DNA of 63,998 nucleotides, filler included, from Jimgerdemannia flammicorona (Eukaryota): NCBI GenBank assembly GCA_003990765.1. It is 3 parts of 3 records of this genome, joined end to end, with 100 filler letters (N's around TTAATTAATTAA, not from the genome) between each part and the next. Parts side by side here need not be neighbours in the genome. Positions count along the whole stretch, not along the records: positions 43,133 to 63,998 come from RBNJ01001577.1; 2 more parts are not named here. One strand, 5' to 3'. Shown piece by piece: positions 61,739 to 63,998 of this stretch (position 1 is its first letter; each line of letters starts with the position of its first letter). The notes under the pieces were generated by a model. It saw only the letters and a program-made list of their open reading frames with translations, ran no database searches and was not told where the DNA came from. The position numbers and the translations under genes were made by a program.

Positions 61739-63998
61739 CCCCTTTCTCCACTACCATACCAGTCACAAGGTTTTGGTAGGCAACCTTCTGAGTCTCTTTT
61801 TCACAACTTTTTACCCCCTCTACCTCAAGTTGGTTTGCTGTACCTATTGCAGGACAGTGGGAGGAAGGCAATAGTGATGAGTTGCCCCTTTATCAGTATC
61901 AGATCAGTGCTTTCTCTACTTTTTCATATTTCTGGTATCTCTAGCTACTTCTGGGGTATACCTGTTTTGGTGCAGCACTTTCTTCCTTTTTTTTTTTTAA
62001 TAGACTCTATATTCCATGGATTTTTATTGGAAAAGAACCTAGACTATATAGAACAAAACTCTCCCCACCCTCTCTTGAATACTATACTCTCATTAATCTA
62101 GACTTACTATTATATAGTAGCTCTACTATATTAGATATAGCAGGACTAATAGTCTGTACTTCATTCTGTATACTATGCTCTCCCTACTACTAGAGAGAAA
62201 ACAACCCTATATCAATAACTAAAAGCATATACCCAAAACTCCAATATATATATAAGACTATATCAGAGCTAGATAGCAAAGCCTTTGTTACTTTAAATAG
62301 AGTAATAGATAAAGAAAAAATTCTTCAAAAGATATAGAATAGTAGATAGGATCTGGTTCTCTCTAGTGGAGTAAGTGAAGAACTTATAAGTAGAGCAGGA
62401 GGAGACCTCTAATACCTCACTACTCAAGTCTGCAGATCTTGATTATATTACTATATTAGCTTCTAGTTTTAGTTAAATATAGTCTAAACACCTGACCTAG
62501 GTAGCCTTGGGTCTCCTAATAATTTCAAACAACTAGAGTCTAATCTTACATATTGTCAAGAGCTACTAAGAGTAATACCTAATACTTAACCACCCTATAC
62601 TAATCAGAAGCCCTCACCAATATAGTATATATACTAGTCCTGATGACTATTACTGGTCTGGCACTCAACTAATCCACAATAATTACTCTTCTACCTATCT
62701 GTAATAATTATCTCTTCTTCTATTCTAATATTATCTAAAAAAAAACAGTTATCTATACCAGAACTATACTCATCTGAGAAGCTTAACAAATATAGAGAGC
62801 TTGCTATAGATACTGAGAACTTATCAGAATCTTTACTACCACTTAGCATCCAAGGTCAGCTAACTCTCTATATAGTCTATAATATATTAAGATAATATCT
62901 TATTAATGATAGTAAAAGAAAGAAAGTATTATACCAAAATAAGTATCTCTCAAATATAGTCAGAGATATCAGAAATTATAAAAAAGTAAAAGAAGTACTA
63001 ATCTGATATTAATAAAAGAGCAACTCATTATCATTGTCTCTCTTCCATTATTCTGTAATAGGTACAGCAAACTAATTCAAGATAGAGGAGATAAAAGTTG
63101 TAAAAAGGAACTTAGAAGATTATTTATCAAAATCTTATAACTAGTATAATATATAGTAGAGAAAAAAGCACCTTCTTTCTTTTATCATCATCAACTTAGT
63201 ATATTATAGACTATATTTAGAGTTAGCTGATCTTAAGTATTAAGTATCAGTGAAGGTTTCAGCAGATTCTCAGTATCTATAGTAAATCTTCTGAGCTTTG
63301 GTAAGCTTTTTGATAAGTGCAGTTCTAATATAAGTAACTGTTTTTCAGTTAGTATTAGAATGAGAAAAGAGATAGCTATTACAGATAAGTAGAAGGATAA
63401 TTATAGTAAACTAGTAAAGTACTAAACTAGTTATAGTCATCAAGACTAGTATAGATACTACATCAGTAGAACCTTCTGATTAGTATAGAGTGATTAGATA
63501 ATAAGTATTACTCTTGATAGCTTTTGATATTAGGTTCTGATTATTTGAGATTATTAGAGACTCTAGTTAGATATTTAAGCTATACTTAACTAAAACTAAG
63601 AGTTGATATAGTAATATAATTAAGACCTATAAGCTTGAGTAGTGAAGTATTGAGAGTCTCCTCCTATTCTATATATAAGCCCTTTACTTACTCTATTAGA
63701 GAGAATTAGATTCTATCTATTATTTTATATCTTTTGAAAGTTTTTTTTTTATCTATTATTCTATTTTAAGATAGTAGAAGTTTTACTATCTGACTTTAAT
63801 ATAGTCTTATAGATATGTTGGGGTTTTGAATATGTACTTTTGGTCATTAGTATATAGTCATCTTTTCTCTAATAGTAGAGAGAATATAGTATATAGAATA
63901 AGATATAGACTTTTGGCCCTACTGTATCTGATATAGTAGAGCTACTAAAAATAGTAAGTTTAGATTAATAGAGATATAGTATTTAGGGAGAGGGGGGG
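61739..63998 (+). mobile_element. Decayed 1.18-kb retroposon containing an antisense copy of itself (inner copy ~61987-63167, minus strand)
   Basis: The outer copy breaks at GCACTTTCTTCC (61975-61986) and resumes at GCACCTTCTTTC (63168-63179), consistent with a TSD. The inner copy begins with a T tract. Confidence 0.85.

Overview
Intron-rich eukaryotic DNA, most likely from an early-diverging fungus (Mucoromycota-like; inferred from the NOC3 sequence, short introns and a Crinkler-type domain). It has two scaffold gaps and is mostly nested, C-to-T-decayed transposons. Host genes are (1) a ~27-exon gene at 255-5074 fusing a Crinkler-like N-terminal domain to ~24 RI-type leucine-rich repeats, almost all one repeat per 84-nt phase-1 exon, and (2) the 3' part of NOC3. 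Mobile DNA includes a complete Ty3/Gypsy element with 2.35-kb LTRs, a nest of a second Gypsy family with ~2.07-kb LTRs, two dUTPase-bearing Gypsy internal regions, a full-length L1/Tx1-like LINE, hAT-type MITEs and a 1.18-kb non-autonomous poly(A) retroposon family. The most striking observations are a close match to an HDV-like self-cleaving ribozyme at 60869-60927 directly downstream of a ~300-nt structured domain, homologous unknown ORFs in the U3 of the LTRs of two different Gypsy families, and the modular CRN-LRR gene. All calls come from reading the sequence by eye; no database search was run.
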